Assembly (NCBI GenBank): GCA_049281435.1
Contig: JBAPSB010000069.1
Coordinates: 4,861-68,860, forward strand
Origin: Desulfobacterales bacterium
Lineage (GTDB): Bacteria; Desulfobacterota; Desulfobacteria; Desulfobacterales; SG8-13
Length of the DNA: 64,000 nucleotides
Direction of reading: 5' to 3'
Positions 1 through 9,340 of the stretch are shown in pieces. Below the pieces are notes generated by a model, which saw only the letters and a list, made by a program, of their open reading frames with translations, did not search any database and was not told the DNA's origin. A program made the translations under genes and the position numbers. Within the stretch, counting starts at the first letter, position 1. The number at the start of each line of letters is the position of its first letter.

Positions 1-120
1 GTCCAGATCGGCGCGGTGATCGAGGCGCACGGCAAGCTGCTGGAAATCAGCAAGGAGGGCATGAAGGCGATGGACGACGAGGACTCCAAGATCAAGCTGC
101 TTCAGCAGAACAAGGCCTGA
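1..120 (+). CDS. 3' end of an upstream CDS (last 39 aa; product not recognisable)
   Basis: Open frame from the window edge to TGA at 118-120 (…KIKLLQQNKA*). Too short for a family call. Confidence 0.3.
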   Translation, partial: VQIGAVIEAHGKLLEISKEGMKAMDDEDSKIKLLQQNKA

Positions 121-201
121 TCCGCAGTGGCTGTCACCCCTTCGCGACCGGCGGCGGATGTCGGTCGCGACATGACACTTCAGCTTTTTCCGGAGTAATT
201 G

Positions 202-1284
202 ATGGCAAAAATTGATGCGTTTTTCAAGTTGATGCACGAACAGGGTGCCTCGGACCTGCACCTGACCGCCGGCCAGCCCCCCTCCCTGAGGATACGGGGA
301 GACATTGAAAGGATCAAATACAAAGTTCTCGACAACGACGACCTGCGGGGCATGCTCTACGAAATCACCCCGGAGGAAAAGATCAAGGTCTTCGAGGAAA
401 CCGGCGATGTCGATTTCGGCTACGAAATTCCCGGCCTGGCCCGCTACCGGGCCAATTTTTTTATGCAGAAAAACGGCGTCGGTGCCGTCTTCAGAGAAAT
501 TCCCACCACCATCATGACCGCCGAGCAACTCGGCCTGCCGCCGGTGATATCGAAACTGGCCAGCCTGCCGCGCGGCCTGGTACTGGTCACCGGACCGACC
601 GGCAGCGGCAAATCCACGACCCTGGCATCGATCATCGACGTGGCCAACCGCAACCGCAAGGACCACATCATCACCATCGAGGATCCGATCGAATTCGTGC
701 ACCAGAGCCAGGGCTGCATCGTCAATCACCGCGAGATCGGCATCCACACCCGTTCCTTCGCCTCGGCGCTGCGCGGCGCCCTGCGCGAAGACCCGGACAT
801 CATCCTGGTGGGCGAAATGCGCGACCTGGAAACGATTTCGCTGGCGATCGAGGCCGCCTCCACCGGACACCTGGTTTTCGCGACCCTGCACACCACCAGC
901 GCCGTGAAAACCGTGGACCGTATCATCGAGGTGTTTCCGGCCGACCAGCAGGCCCAGGTCCGCTCGACGCTGGCCGACGGCATGCGGGCCATCATCGCGC
1001 AGGTGCTCTTCAAACGGATCGACAAGAAAAGCCGTTGCGTGGCCTTAGAAATCCTGATCGCCAATGCAGCGGTCCGGAACCTGATCCGGGAGGCCAAGAC
1101 CCACCAGCTGCCCTCCATGATCCAGACCGGTAAAAAGTACGGGATGCAACTGCTGGACGAGGCCATCATGGAACTTTACAAACGGGGCTGGATCAGCGCC
1201 GACGAAGCCTACATCAAGGCCAATGAAAAAGCCAAGTTCAGGCCGCTGCTGACCTCACCGCCCACCGATTTCACCGAAGTCTGA
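202..1284 (+). CDS. pilT: Type IV pilus twitching-motility ATPase PilT
   Basis: 360 aa. Walker A GPTGSGKST, Walker B/Asp box IILVGEMRD, His box ATLHT. GGAG RBS 6 nt before the ATG at 202 (the ORF track starts at TTG 199). Confidence 0.93.
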   Translation: MAKIDAFFKLMHEQGASDLHLTAGQPPSLRIRGDIERIKYKVLDNDDLRGMLYEITPEEKIKVFEETGDVDFGYEIPGLARYRANFFMQKNGVGAVFREIPTTIMTAEQLGLPPVISKLASLPRGLVLVTGPTGSGKSTTLASIIDVANRNRKDHIITIEDPIEFVHQSQGCIVNHREIGIHTRSFASALRGALREDPDIILVGEMRDLETISLAIEAASTGHLVFATLHTTSAVKTVDRIIEVFPADQQAQVRSTLADGMRAIIAQVLFKRIDKKSRCVALEILIANAAVRNLIREAKTHQLPSMIQTGKKYGMQLLDEAIMELYKRGWISADEAYIKANEKAKFRPLLTSPPTDFTEV

Positions 1285-1298
1285 TCAAGGATGCCGAG

Positions 1299-2462
1299 AT
1301 GAAAAAGCAGGAAATCGATCATATCCTCACGCGCATGCTGGACTCTCACAAGAACGTTTCCGACCTGAACCTGACGGTCGGCAAGCCGCTGCAGGTCGAA
1401 AGCGACGGAGAGCTGGTGCCGGTCGACATGCGGCCGCCGTTCAAAGAGCTGACGCCGTTTCAAACCGAAATCTTCGCCCTGAACCTGATGAACCAGGACC
1501 GGCGTCTGACGCGCACCTTCCTGAATTCGGGTTCCTGCGATCTCTCCTATTCACTACCCGGCAAGGCGCGCTTCCGTGTGAATGTTTTTTCGCAGAGCGG
1601 GTATTGTTCGATCGTGCTGCGCAAACTCGAATCGAAAATCCCGACCATCGAGGAGCTGCACCTCCCGGAGGCCATGCACAAGATCGCCAAGGAAAAAAAC
1701 GGTATCGTTTTTGTGACCGGTGCCACCGGCTCGGGCAAGACGACGTCCCTGGCGGCCATCCTGAATGTCATCAACGAGGATCGCGCGGTCCACGTCGTCA
1801 CCCTCGAGGACCCGGTGGAATACCAGCACCCCCACAAGAACTCGACCTTCAACCAGCGCGAACACGGCGTTGATTTCGATACCTATGCCAGCGGCCTCAG
1901 GGCGGCGCTGCGCCAGGCGCCCAAGGTCATCCTGGTGGGCGAGATGCGCGACCGGGAGACGGTTGAAATCGGTCTGAGCGCGGCCGAAACCGGCCATCTG
2001 GTCTTAACGACCCTGCACACCATCGATGCCGGTTCGACCATCAACCGCATCGTGGGCATGTTCAGCACCGAAGAGGAACACCAGGTCCGCATCCGGCTCG
2101 CCGACACCCTGCGCTGGGTTGTCTGCCAGCGGCTGCTGCCGAAAATCGGCGGGGGGCGGGCGGCCACCTTCGAGATTCTGGGAACCAACCTGCGGGTCAA
2201 AGACGCCATCATGAACGGAGAGTCCGAAGGCAAGACCTTCTACGAAATCATGCAGGCCGGCCAGGCTTTTGGAATGACGACCTTTGACGAGCACATCATC
2301 GACCTGTATGAACACGGGTTGATAACCGAGGATACCGCACTGGCCTTTGCGTCGCGCAAGGGCATCGTGGGCCGGGGCATCGATTCACTTAAAAGCTCGC
2401 GCGGCGAGGCCACCTCCGACATCGACAAGCTGGAACTCGATCGCAGCTACAATGCCAATTGA
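1299..2462 (+). CDS. PilT/PilU-family type IV pilus retraction ATPase (second paralogue)
   Basis: 387 aa. GATGSGKTT, VILVGEMRD, TTLHT motifs. Directly follows pilT. Confidence 0.9.
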   Translation: MKKQEIDHILTRMLDSHKNVSDLNLTVGKPLQVESDGELVPVDMRPPFKELTPFQTEIFALNLMNQDRRLTRTFLNSGSCDLSYSLPGKARFRVNVFSQSGYCSIVLRKLESKIPTIEELHLPEAMHKIAKEKNGIVFVTGATGSGKTTSLAAILNVINEDRAVHVVTLEDPVEYQHPHKNSTFNQREHGVDFDTYASGLRAALRQAPKVILVGEMRDRETVEIGLSAAETGHLVLTTLHTIDAGSTINRIVGMFSTEEEHQVRIRLADTLRWVVCQRLLPKIGGGRAATFEILGTNLRVKDAIMNGESEGKTFYEIMQAGQAFGMTTFDEHIIDLYEHGLITEDTALAFASRKGIVGRGIDSLKSSRGEATSDIDKLELDRSYNAN

Positions 2463-2546
2463 CGGCCCGCCCCGGCCGGGCGGGATGGCCGACCGGTATG
2501 CGGGACGAATCACAGCCTAACGGGATAGGGAGTCGAAGCGGTCATT

Positions 2547-3185
2547 ATGGAAATCACGTGCCAAAACTGTCAGAGCAGATTCAATTTGCCGGATGAGAAA
2601 ATTCCGGCCGGCAAGTCCACCCGCCTGTCATGTCCCAAATGCAAGGGCCGCATCACGGTGGCGCCTCCCACGGCTTCCGGCGGCCTCATGAAAAACGGCT
2701 TCGAGGAGACCGTCTACGACGCTTCCGACAAACCCTTCGACTTCATCGAGGAAGAAGGCGACACGGCGCTGGTGTGCGAATCCGACCCCTCGATGCTCAG
2801 AAAGATCGTCGATACGCTCAATATTCTCGAATATCACGTGACGATTCCCGAGAGCGGCCGCGACGCCCTCAAGAAGATGCGCTACCACCAGTATGACCTG
2901 GTGGTGATCAACGAGGCTTTTCACAGCGCCGGGCCCGATACGAACATGGTGCTGCTGTACCTCGAACGGCTGAACATGAGTGCGCGCCGGGATATCTACG
3001 TCACCATGATCAGCAGCGAGTACCGGACGATGGACCAGATGATGGCCTTCAGGCACAGCGTCAATCTCATCGTCAATTCAAAAAACATCGACGATATCGG
3101 TAAGATCATCCAGCGCGGCCTCACCGATCATGAATTTTTCTACCGCGTGTTCAAGGAAACCCTGAAAGAAGTCGGGCGGGCGTAG
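2547..3185 (+). CDS. Zinc-ribbon (MJ0042-type CxxC…CxxC) protein with C-terminal receiver-like domain lacking the phospho-acceptor Asp
   Basis: N-terminus reads CQNCQSRFNLPDEKIP…SCPKCKG. The C-terminal ~120 aa have a CheY-like pattern, but the acceptor position reads DLVVINEAF (Asn instead of Asp). Confidence 0.65.
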   Translation: MEITCQNCQSRFNLPDEKIPAGKSTRLSCPKCKGRITVAPPTASGGLMKNGFEETVYDASDKPFDFIEEEGDTALVCESDPSMLRKIVDTLNILEYHVTIPESGRDALKKMRYHQYDLVVINEAFHSAGPDTNMVLLYLERLNMSARRDIYVTMISSEYRTMDQMMAFRHSVNLIVNSKNIDDIGKIIQRGLTDHEFFYRVFKETLKEVGRA

Positions 3186-3195
3186 GTCGGTGGGG

Positions 3196-3225
3196 CCGGT
3201 TTAGCCCGTTTGCCCGTTAGGCCGG
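3196..3225 (+). repeat. Array of degenerate CCGTT-type 8-9-mers (ccggtttagcccgtttgcccgttaggccgg)
   Basis: Direct reading. The 15-mer ccggtttagcccgtt recurs exactly at 28277-28291. It is inverted relative to the 3456-3502 array. Confidence 0.7.
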
Positions 3226-3405
3226 ATAGCCAGTGTGCGATCTGAGCCTGAATACCGCAATGTCGTGCAATAAAATGAGTTTTTTTCTACGAATCCAAGA
3301 GTTTCGATTCTCTCCTCTCTCAGTTCATCCAACGCTCCCAACTGGCAAATTCCACCGCGGGACAAACGGGTAAAAGGGCTCAACTGGCCGGCGGATGAAT
3401 CGATG

Positions 3406-3431
3406 AAAAGGGCGGGCACACAGGCCCGCCC
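3406..3431 (-). terminator. Candidate intrinsic terminator downstream of coaX
   Basis: Minus strand reads GGGCGGGC-ctgtgt-GCCCGCCC followed by TTTT. About 95 nt after the coaX stop. Confidence 0.5.
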
Positions 3432-3455
3432 CTACGGGGTTATGTGGGGGTGATA

Positions 3456-3502
3456 GGTTGCCCGGTTCAACGGGCTCAACGGGCTCAACCGGCTAACGGG
3501 CC
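3456..3502 (-). repeat. Tandem 9-mer array (tcaacgggc x3-4, degenerate), inverted partner of 3196-3225
   Basis: Sequence ggttgcccggttcaacgggctcaacgggctcaaccggctaacgggcc has 9-nt periodicity. Confidence 0.7.
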
Positions 3503-3523
3503 ACCCCCCCGCCCCAGGCGGGC

Positions 3524-4297
3524 CTAACCGACCCCCATCTCGGCGGCGATGATTCGCAGGCCGTCTAACGTCAGCCGGGGCTCGACGGCTTCGATCGTCT
3601 CCGACACGTTGTGCATCAGCTCTGCCAGGCCACCCGTTGCAATCACCATGGGGTCCGAGCCCATCTCGCTTTTCATCCGCCGCACCATGCCGTCCACCAA
3701 GCCGGCGTATCCGTAAATGATCCCGGATTGAATGCTGGCGGCGGTGTCTTTTCCGATGACGGTTGCCGGCCGCTGATAAATTTCGACCCGGGGCAATTTC
3801 GAGGCTTTCATAAAAAGCGCCTCCGCGGCGATCATGATGCCCGGGCTGATCGCGCCCCCCAGGTATTCGCCTTTTTCCGAAATGCTGTCGAAGGTCGTCG
3901 CCGTCCCGAAATCGATGACGATCAGGCTCCGGCGATACTTTTCGAAGGCCGCCACCCCGTTGACGATCCGGTCGGCACCGACATCCGCTGGATTGCGATA
4001 GTGGATCGGCATGCCGGTGTAGGAAGCCGCATTGACCCACAACGGCGGATATCCCAGGTATTTGCGGCAAAAAGAATCCAGGATCGTGACCATCGGCGGC
4101 ACCACGCTGGAGATGATGGTCCGTTCGATGTGTTCCGGTTGAATGCGGCTTTGCGCGAAAAGGCTGCTGATGATGATATTGACTTCGTCCTCGGTCGTGT
4201 TGCGTTCGGTGCGCAGGCGCCAGTCCTTGACCAGGCGCGGGCCGTCATAAACCCCGAGAACCGTATTGGTGTTTCCGATATCGATCACGAGCAGCAT
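3524..4297 (-). CDS. coaX: Type III pantothenate kinase
   Basis: MLLVIDIGNTNT… N-terminus, with DFGTATT and ATGG motifs. GGGGGAG RBS before the ATG at 4297 (the ORF track starts at an upstream GTG, 4324). Confidence 0.9.
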   Translation of the reverse strand: MLLVIDIGNTNTVLGVYDGPRLVKDWRLRTERNTTEDEVNIIISSLFAQSRIQPEHIERTIISSVVPPMVTILDSFCRKYLGYPPLWVNAASYTGMPIHYRNPADVGADRIVNGVAAFEKYRRSLIVIDFGTATTFDSISEKGEYLGGAISPGIMIAAEALFMKASKLPRVEIYQRPATVIGKDTAASIQSGIIYGYAGLVDGMVRRMKSEMGSDPMVIATGGLAELMHNVSETIEAVEPRLTLDGLRIIAAEMGVG

Positions 4298-4390
4298 GAC
4301 TTCAACTCCCCCTTTGGAGTTCACGAAAAAATAAGAAATTCCAACCGACTTTTTTTATTTTATTTGAGAATTGGATAGTGAAATTTGAAA

Positions 4391-5302
4391 TCAGGCCTCC
4401 AATATCGCATCGCTGATTTTGACGGCGGCGCGGGCGGCAGCAATTTCGTGCACCCGCACGATATGCGCTCCGTTTAACACTGCGGCACACACCGCCGCCA
4501 GCGTGCCGAGTCCGACGATCGCCGTGTCGGGTTGGATTTCCTCGGCGGGATCGTCTTTGAGCAGGTTACGGATGAAGGCTTTGCGGGAGGGGCCGATCAG
4601 AAGCGGCAGGTCGAGTTCCTGCAGCCGGTCCAGGTTTTTCAGAAGCGCCAGGTTGTGGCCGGCCGTCTTTCCGAAACCGATCCCCGGATCGATGATGATT
4701 CGGTGGCGCGGAATGCCGTTTTCTTCGGCATCATGGGCGGCTCCGGCCAGAAAAGCCTTTATTTCCGCCACAACGTCGTCATAGGCCGGCCGCGCCTGCA
4801 TCGTCTGCGGCGTGCCCCGCATGTGCATCAGGATCACCGGGACGCCGCTTTCCGCGGCGACACCGGCCATTTCGGGATCCTGCCGCAGGGCGCTGATGTC
4901 GTTGATCATGGCCGCCCCGGCGGCCAGCGCCCGCCGGGCGACGGCGGCCTTGACGGTGTCGATCGAAATGGGCACCGTCAACCGCGCAGCGAGTGTTTCG
5001 ATCACCGGCATCACCCGCTCCAGCTCAACGTCGACCGGCACCGGATCGGCGTAAGGCCGGCTGGATTCACCGCCAATGTCGATGATGTCCGCCCCCTCGT
5101 CGGCCAGGCGCTGCGCCTGAGCGATGGCCGCATCACGCGCAATGAATTTTCCGCCGTCCGAAAAAGAGTCCGGCGTAACGTTGACCACCCCCATGAGGCA
5201 GGTCCGCCGGCCGAGCGCCAGCCGGTACCGACTCCATTTCAGTTCGTAACACCGTCTGGCCCGCATAAGGGTATCCGGTTCTCCCGCTCCGGTCAGGCTC
5301 AT
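4391..5302 (-). CDS. folP: Dihydropteroate synthase
   Basis: MGVVNVTPDSFSDGG, DIGGESSRP and pterin-binding domain pattern. The start is uncertain (5302 or 5266); the track ORF extends into ftsH. Confidence 0.88.
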   Translation of the reverse strand: MSLTGAGEPDTLMRARRCYELKWSRYRLALGRRTCLMGVVNVTPDSFSDGGKFIARDAAIAQAQRLADEGADIIDIGGESSRPYADPVPVDVELERVMPVIETLAARLTVPISIDTVKAAVARRALAAGAAMINDISALRQDPEMAGVAAESGVPVILMHMRGTPQTMQARPAYDDVVAEIKAFLAGAAHDAEENGIPRHRIIIDPGIGFGKTAGHNLALLKNLDRLQELDLPLLIGPSRKAFIRNLLKDDPAEEIQPDTAIVGLGTLAAVCAAVLNGAHIVRVHEIAAARAAVKISDAILEA

Positions 5303-5321
5303 CGGAAACAGTCCGCAGACA

Positions 5322-7235
5322 TCAGGTCGGCGGCTGGTCCGCCGGCGGTTTGGCTGCGGCGTCCTCGCCACCGACCGGTGCGGCCCCGGAAGAAGCTTCC
5401 GCCGTTTTTTCCTCATCCTCTTCGACTTTAAAGGAAGGCAGCTTGATCCCGGGTCGCAGGGAATAGATCAGTTCATCGAGTTCCTTGCCGAGAACAGTCT
5501 CTTTCTCCAACAGCAGCTCGGCGAGCTTGTGGAGGATATCGAGATTGCCCTCGAGCACTCGCTTGGCATTTCTGTAGGACGAGTCAATCAACTTGTGGAT
5601 TTGCTCGTCGATTTTCTGGGCCGTGGTTTCCGAATAATCCCGGTGCTGGGAAATCTCGCGGCCTAAAAAGACCGGCTCTTCGCTCTTGCCATAGGAAAGC
5701 GGCCCCAGATCACTCATGCCCCAGTTGCGAACCATCTGCTCGGCCAGAATCGTGGCCTGTTTGATGTCGTTGGCGGCCCCGGTGCTGATGCGGTTAAAGA
5801 CGATCTCTTCGGCCACCCGGCCCCCGAAGGCGACGGCCAGCTCACTTTCCAGCTGATCCTTGTATTTGAAGTCGCGCTCTTCGGGCAGAAACCAGGTTAT
5901 GCCCGCTGCCCGCCCGCGGGGAATGATGGTGACCTTGTTGACCGCGTCGGTCTCCGGTAGAAACCGCGCCACCAGGGCATGTCCGCCCTCGTGATAGGCG
6001 GTGGTCTTGCGGTCCTCCTCCTTTATCACCTTCGATTTGCGCTCCAATCCCATGTAGACCTTGTCCTTGGAGTCCTCGAAATCGAACATGTCGATTTTTT
6101 CCTTGTTGCGCTTGGCGGCCAGCAGCGCCGCCTCGTTGACCAGATTTTCCAAATCGGCTCCCGAAAACCCCGGTGTGCCTTTGGCAAGAACCAGCGCGTT
6201 CACATCGTCGGCAATCGGCGTCTTGCGCATGTGGACCCGCAGGATTTTTTCACGGCCCTTGATATCGGGCAGGCTCACCATCACCTGGCGATCGAAGCGG
6301 CCGGGGCGCAACAGGGCCGGGTCCAGGACATCCGGGCGGTTGGTGGCCGAAATCAGGATGACCCCCTCGTTCGATTCGAAACCGTCCATTTCCACCAGCA
6401 GCTGGTTGAGGGTTTGCTCCCTTTCATCGTGGCCCCCGCCCAGGCCGGCACCCCGGTGGCGGCCGACCGCGTCGATTTCGTCGATAAAAATGATGCAGGG
6501 GGCGTTCTTCTTGCCCTGCACAAAAAGATCGCGCACGCGCGAAGCCCCGACGCCGACGAACATTTCGACGAAATCGGAACCGCTGATGCTGAAGAAGGGC
6601 ACGCCGGCCTCACCGGCAATGGCCCGGGCCAACAGCGTCTTACCGGTTCCGGGCGGCCCCATCAGCAGCACCCCCTTGGGGATGCGGCCGCCGAGGCGGG
6701 TGAACTTCTTGGGGTCTTTCAAAAACTCGACGATTTCAAAAAGCTCTTCTTTGGCTTCATCGATCCCGGCCACGTCTTCGAAGGTCACTTTGGTCTGGCC
6801 CTCGGACATCAGCCGCGCGCGGCTCTTGCCGAACGACAGCGCCTTGCCGCCGCCGCTTTGCATCTGGCGCATGAAAAAAATCCACACGCCGATCAGGATC
6901 AGCATCGGAAACCACGATACGAGCACGGACATGTACCACGGATTTTCAGCGGGCGGCTTGGCCTGAATGGCGACCTTCTTCTGCCGCAGGGTTTTGATCA
7001 GATCCGCATCCTGAGGGGCGTAAACCTTGAAATGGTTGCGGTTGGTATCGGTCACGAAGAGTTCCTGTCCCTGGATGACGACATCCGAGATGCGGCCGTC
7101 ATCGACCATGTTCAAAAATTCGGTGTAGCCGAGGGTGGTCTCCGCCATTTGCTGTTGGTTGAAAAGGTTGTACAGCATGATCATCATCAACGTGATAACC
7201 AGCCACAACGCTAAATTTTTGTAAAAAGGATTCAA
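5322..7235 (-). CDS. ftsH: ATP-dependent zinc metalloprotease FtsH
   Basis: 637 aa. Two N-terminal TM segments, AAA Walker [14 protein letters not shown], zinc site HEGGHA. Confidence 0.97.
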   Translation of the reverse strand: MNPFYKNLALWLVITLMMIMLYNLFNQQQMAETTLGYTEFLNMVDDGRISDVVIQGQELFVTDTNRNHFKVYAPQDADLIKTLRQKKVAIQAKPPAENPWYMSVLVSWFPMLILIGVWIFFMRQMQSGGGKALSFGKSRARLMSEGQTKVTFEDVAGIDEAKEELFEIVEFLKDPKKFTRLGGRIPKGVLLMGPPGTGKTLLARAIAGEAGVPFFSISGSDFVEMFVGVGASRVRDLFVQGKKNAPCIIFIDEIDAVGRHRGAGLGGGHDEREQTLNQLLVEMDGFESNEGVILISATNRPDVLDPALLRPGRFDRQVMVSLPDIKGREKILRVHMRKTPIADDVNALVLAKGTPGFSGADLENLVNEAALLAAKRNKEKIDMFDFEDSKDKVYMGLERKSKVIKEEDRKTTAYHEGGHALVARFLPETDAVNKVTIIPRGRAAGITWFLPEERDFKYKDQLESELAVAFGGRVAEEIVFNRISTGAANDIKQATILAEQMVRNWGMSDLGPLSYGKSEEPVFLGREISQHRDYSETTAQKIDEQIHKLIDSSYRNAKRVLEGNLDILHKLAELLLEKETVLGKELDELIYSLRPGIKLPSFKVEEDEEKTAEASSGAAPVGGEDAAAKPPADQPPT

Positions 7236-7602
7236 ATGACCCTACCTCCTGCTGAAGATTGCGTCCCGGTTGATCGTATCGTGGTGCCCCTCGACTTTCC
7301 CCGGTCCCACACCAAAATAGCCCCCGATCGTGGCGGCATTTGCCGGCCGTTCGCGCGCAAGGTGGTTTTACCCATCGTCTTCGCCGGAGCTTTCACAGCG
7401 CACCGGACAAAAAGGACCCGCGTCCCGGGAATTGGAGATACCGGAAGAAAGGGCCCTCCGCGTTGCAAATTAAAAAAAACGCCCCCTCCTCATCTGTCAT
7501 AAATATCAAATTGTCAACATCTTATCGGTCACGGCCCACCCGCCTCGTCGGCGACGGCCGACCATTCGAAACTAATCACGATCACCCGGTAAACAAGTTA
7601 GT

Positions 7603-7786
7603 ACCCATCCGCCATCTCTCAAAGGCACTTCTGAGTGTCCGATTCATAAATGTGGAGTTGTTCGCTGGCCAAGGTCGCATCCCGCCTGGGCGGGACGGCA
7701 AAGCGTACTTTAGGTACGCCGCAGCCGAAAACCCGCTGCGACCGACCGTCCAGCGGAAAAAAGACCATTTATGGACGAACCCAAGT
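7603..7786 (+). mobile_element. MITE-like structured repeat, family 1, copy 1 (~185 bp)
   Basis: Roughly 85-90% identical by eye to the reverse complement of 22291-22477. Ends read GTGTCC.ATTCATAAATGTGG and CCATTTATGGA.G.AC.C (terminal inverted repeats). Central hairpins are TCCCGCC-tg-GGCGGGA and GCGTAC…GTACGC. Confidence 0.8.
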
Positions 7787-9256
7787 TATTTCCGCCCGCA
7801 TGATGTCGCGCGTGACCGGCGTCAGGCTGCCGTCGTCGGCCGTGCGATGGCCCACCAGCCAGATGATGCGGCCCTGGCTCAGCAGGACGGGGCACGTCGG
7901 CCGTTTTTTCCGGGGCACCTTGTGGTCGATAAGGTATTTGCTGATCTTCTGGGAACCTCGCAAACCGAAGGGCCTGAAGCGATCGCCCGCGCGAATGCTG
8001 CGCAGCGTGAGGGGAAAGCTCAGTCTATTTATATCAAAAAAAGCCACACGCTGTCCAGCCTGGCGGCGATTGACGGCGGCCCCGGCAGTGACGGTTGAAA
8101 AAATAACGCGGCACCCGGCTTCTGCAATCGTAACGATCATCGGCTCCGGTCCGGGTTTGCCGACGGCATGGCAAAAGGAGACCGGCAGGAGTTCAGCCCC
8201 CGCGACCGATTTTTCACGCGCCGGTGCATCGCTCGTTGAAATCCTCAAAATGTCTGCGCTGCGCTCCACCACCAGGCCTTCCGGCAGGGCGAGTCGGCCG
8301 TCGCGCCGGTCAAGGGCCAGCAGGTCGATCGCCGATTTCAGGTGCGCAAAGGAGATCCTTTGCAGATTACCCTTTATCCCGGCGATGGCCTTGCGCAGAA
8401 TCCGTCGCTGGGCGGCAACGGGGTGGCGCGCCAGTCGGGGAATCGAGAGCCGCAGGGTTCCCGCGGGTGCGGGCAGCCGCACGTCGCGGTAGAGGGCATC
8501 GGCAACTTCTTCGATCCAAACATGTTCCTGCCGTTGTATCTCGGCCAGCCGGTTCAGCGCCGCGCTGACCTGCGGGTTATAGGAATCCCGCAGCAGGGGC
8601 ATCAACCGGTTACGGATCCGGTTGCGCGTGAACCGGCTGTCCCGATTGGACCGATCGGTAACATAGGTCAGGCCGGCCGCATTCAGGTAATCGAGAATGT
8701 CGCGGCGCGACAACCGGATCAACGGGCGGATGATCCATTTCGCTCGGACCGGGGGAATTCCGGCAAAGCCGAGGGATCCGCTGCCCCTGAGAATAAACAT
8801 CAGCACCAGTTCGGCATTGTCGTCCGCTTGATGACCCAGCGCAATTTTATCGAAGCCGTGCCGGGCCGCAAGCCCTTCGAAAAAGGCATAGCGCGCCATC
8901 CGGCCAGCTTCCTCGAGCGACAGCCGCTGCCGCGAGCGAAGCCCCGCGACATCCCTTTTTATCGTGTGGCAATCGAGCTTCAACCCGGCCGCCAATGCGG
9001 CGACAAAGCCGGCGTCATCGTCAGCCTCCCGGCGCAGGCCGTGGTTGAGGTGGGCGACAGCCAGACGCCAGCCGTATTCGGGCGCCAGGCATTGCAGGAT
9101 ATGCAGCAGCGCCACCGAATCCGGTCCCCCGGAGACGCCCACCAGCACGGCGGCACCAGGAACGGCCATTTCGTATTCGGCGATGGTCCGCCTGACTGTC
9201 GCCAGGACGCGGCGGCCGATGGGACTGTCTGCAAGGCTGTCAAGTGTGGGTGTCAT
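7769..9256 (-). CDS. tilS: tRNA(Ile)-lysidine synthase
   Basis: 495 aa. PP-loop SGGPDS near the N-terminus and TilS substrate/C-terminal domain pattern. The last ~5 codons and the stop lie inside the family-1 repeat. Confidence 0.9.
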   Translation of the reverse strand: MTPTLDSLADSPIGRRVLATVRRTIAEYEMAVPGAAVLVGVSGGPDSVALLHILQCLAPEYGWRLAVAHLNHGLRREADDDAGFVAALAAGLKLDCHTIKRDVAGLRSRQRLSLEEAGRMARYAFFEGLAARHGFDKIALGHQADDNAELVLMFILRGSGSLGFAGIPPVRAKWIIRPLIRLSRRDILDYLNAAGLTYVTDRSNRDSRFTRNRIRNRLMPLLRDSYNPQVSAALNRLAEIQRQEHVWIEEVADALYRDVRLPAPAGTLRLSIPRLARHPVAAQRRILRKAIAGIKGNLQRISFAHLKSAIDLLALDRRDGRLALPEGLVVERSADILRISTSDAPAREKSVAGAELLPVSFCHAVGKPGPEPMIVTIAEAGCRVIFSTVTAGAAVNRRQAGQRVAFFDINRLSFPLTLRSIRAGDRFRPFGLRGSQKISKYLIDHKVPRKKRPTCPVLLSQGRIIWLVGHRTADDGSLTPVTRDIMRAEITWVRP

Positions 9257-9310
9257 GTCGCTGAAGTCTTTGGCCGCTGACGGTATTCGTGGTCCGCGGC
9301 GATTTTTCCC

Positions 9311-9338
9311 TTGAAAAATAATGGGATTGGTTTATCCT
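9311..9338 (+). promoter_or_regulatory. Candidate sigma70-type promoter for the SRP RNA
   Basis: TTGAAA (9311-9316), 16-nt spacer, TATCCT (9333-9338), just upstream of the RNA 5' helix. Confidence 0.35.
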
Positions 9339-9340
9339 TA

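Noticed and set aside
3196-3502. Possible CRISPR array (short repeats)
   Set aside because: The units are only ~9 nt, contiguous and degenerate, with no spacers of unique sequence. No cas genes are in the window.
5979-7214. 411-aa and 301-aa plus-strand ORFs opposite ftsH
   Set aside because: They are antisense shadow ORFs typical of high-GC DNA. The minus-strand frame encodes an unmistakable FtsH, and the plus-strand translations are Arg/Gly/Ala/His-rich with no motifs.
7470-7492. AAAAAAAACGCCCCCTCCTCA, similar to the 30631-30650 terminator arm
   Set aside because: No complementary arm is nearby, so no hairpin forms. The resemblance is limited to an A-run plus a GC-rich decamer.
7340-8492. 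252-aa and 280-aa plus-strand ORFs across the tilS 3' region and the family-1 repeat
   Set aside because: They read through a non-coding repeat and antisense to tilS, with no motifs.
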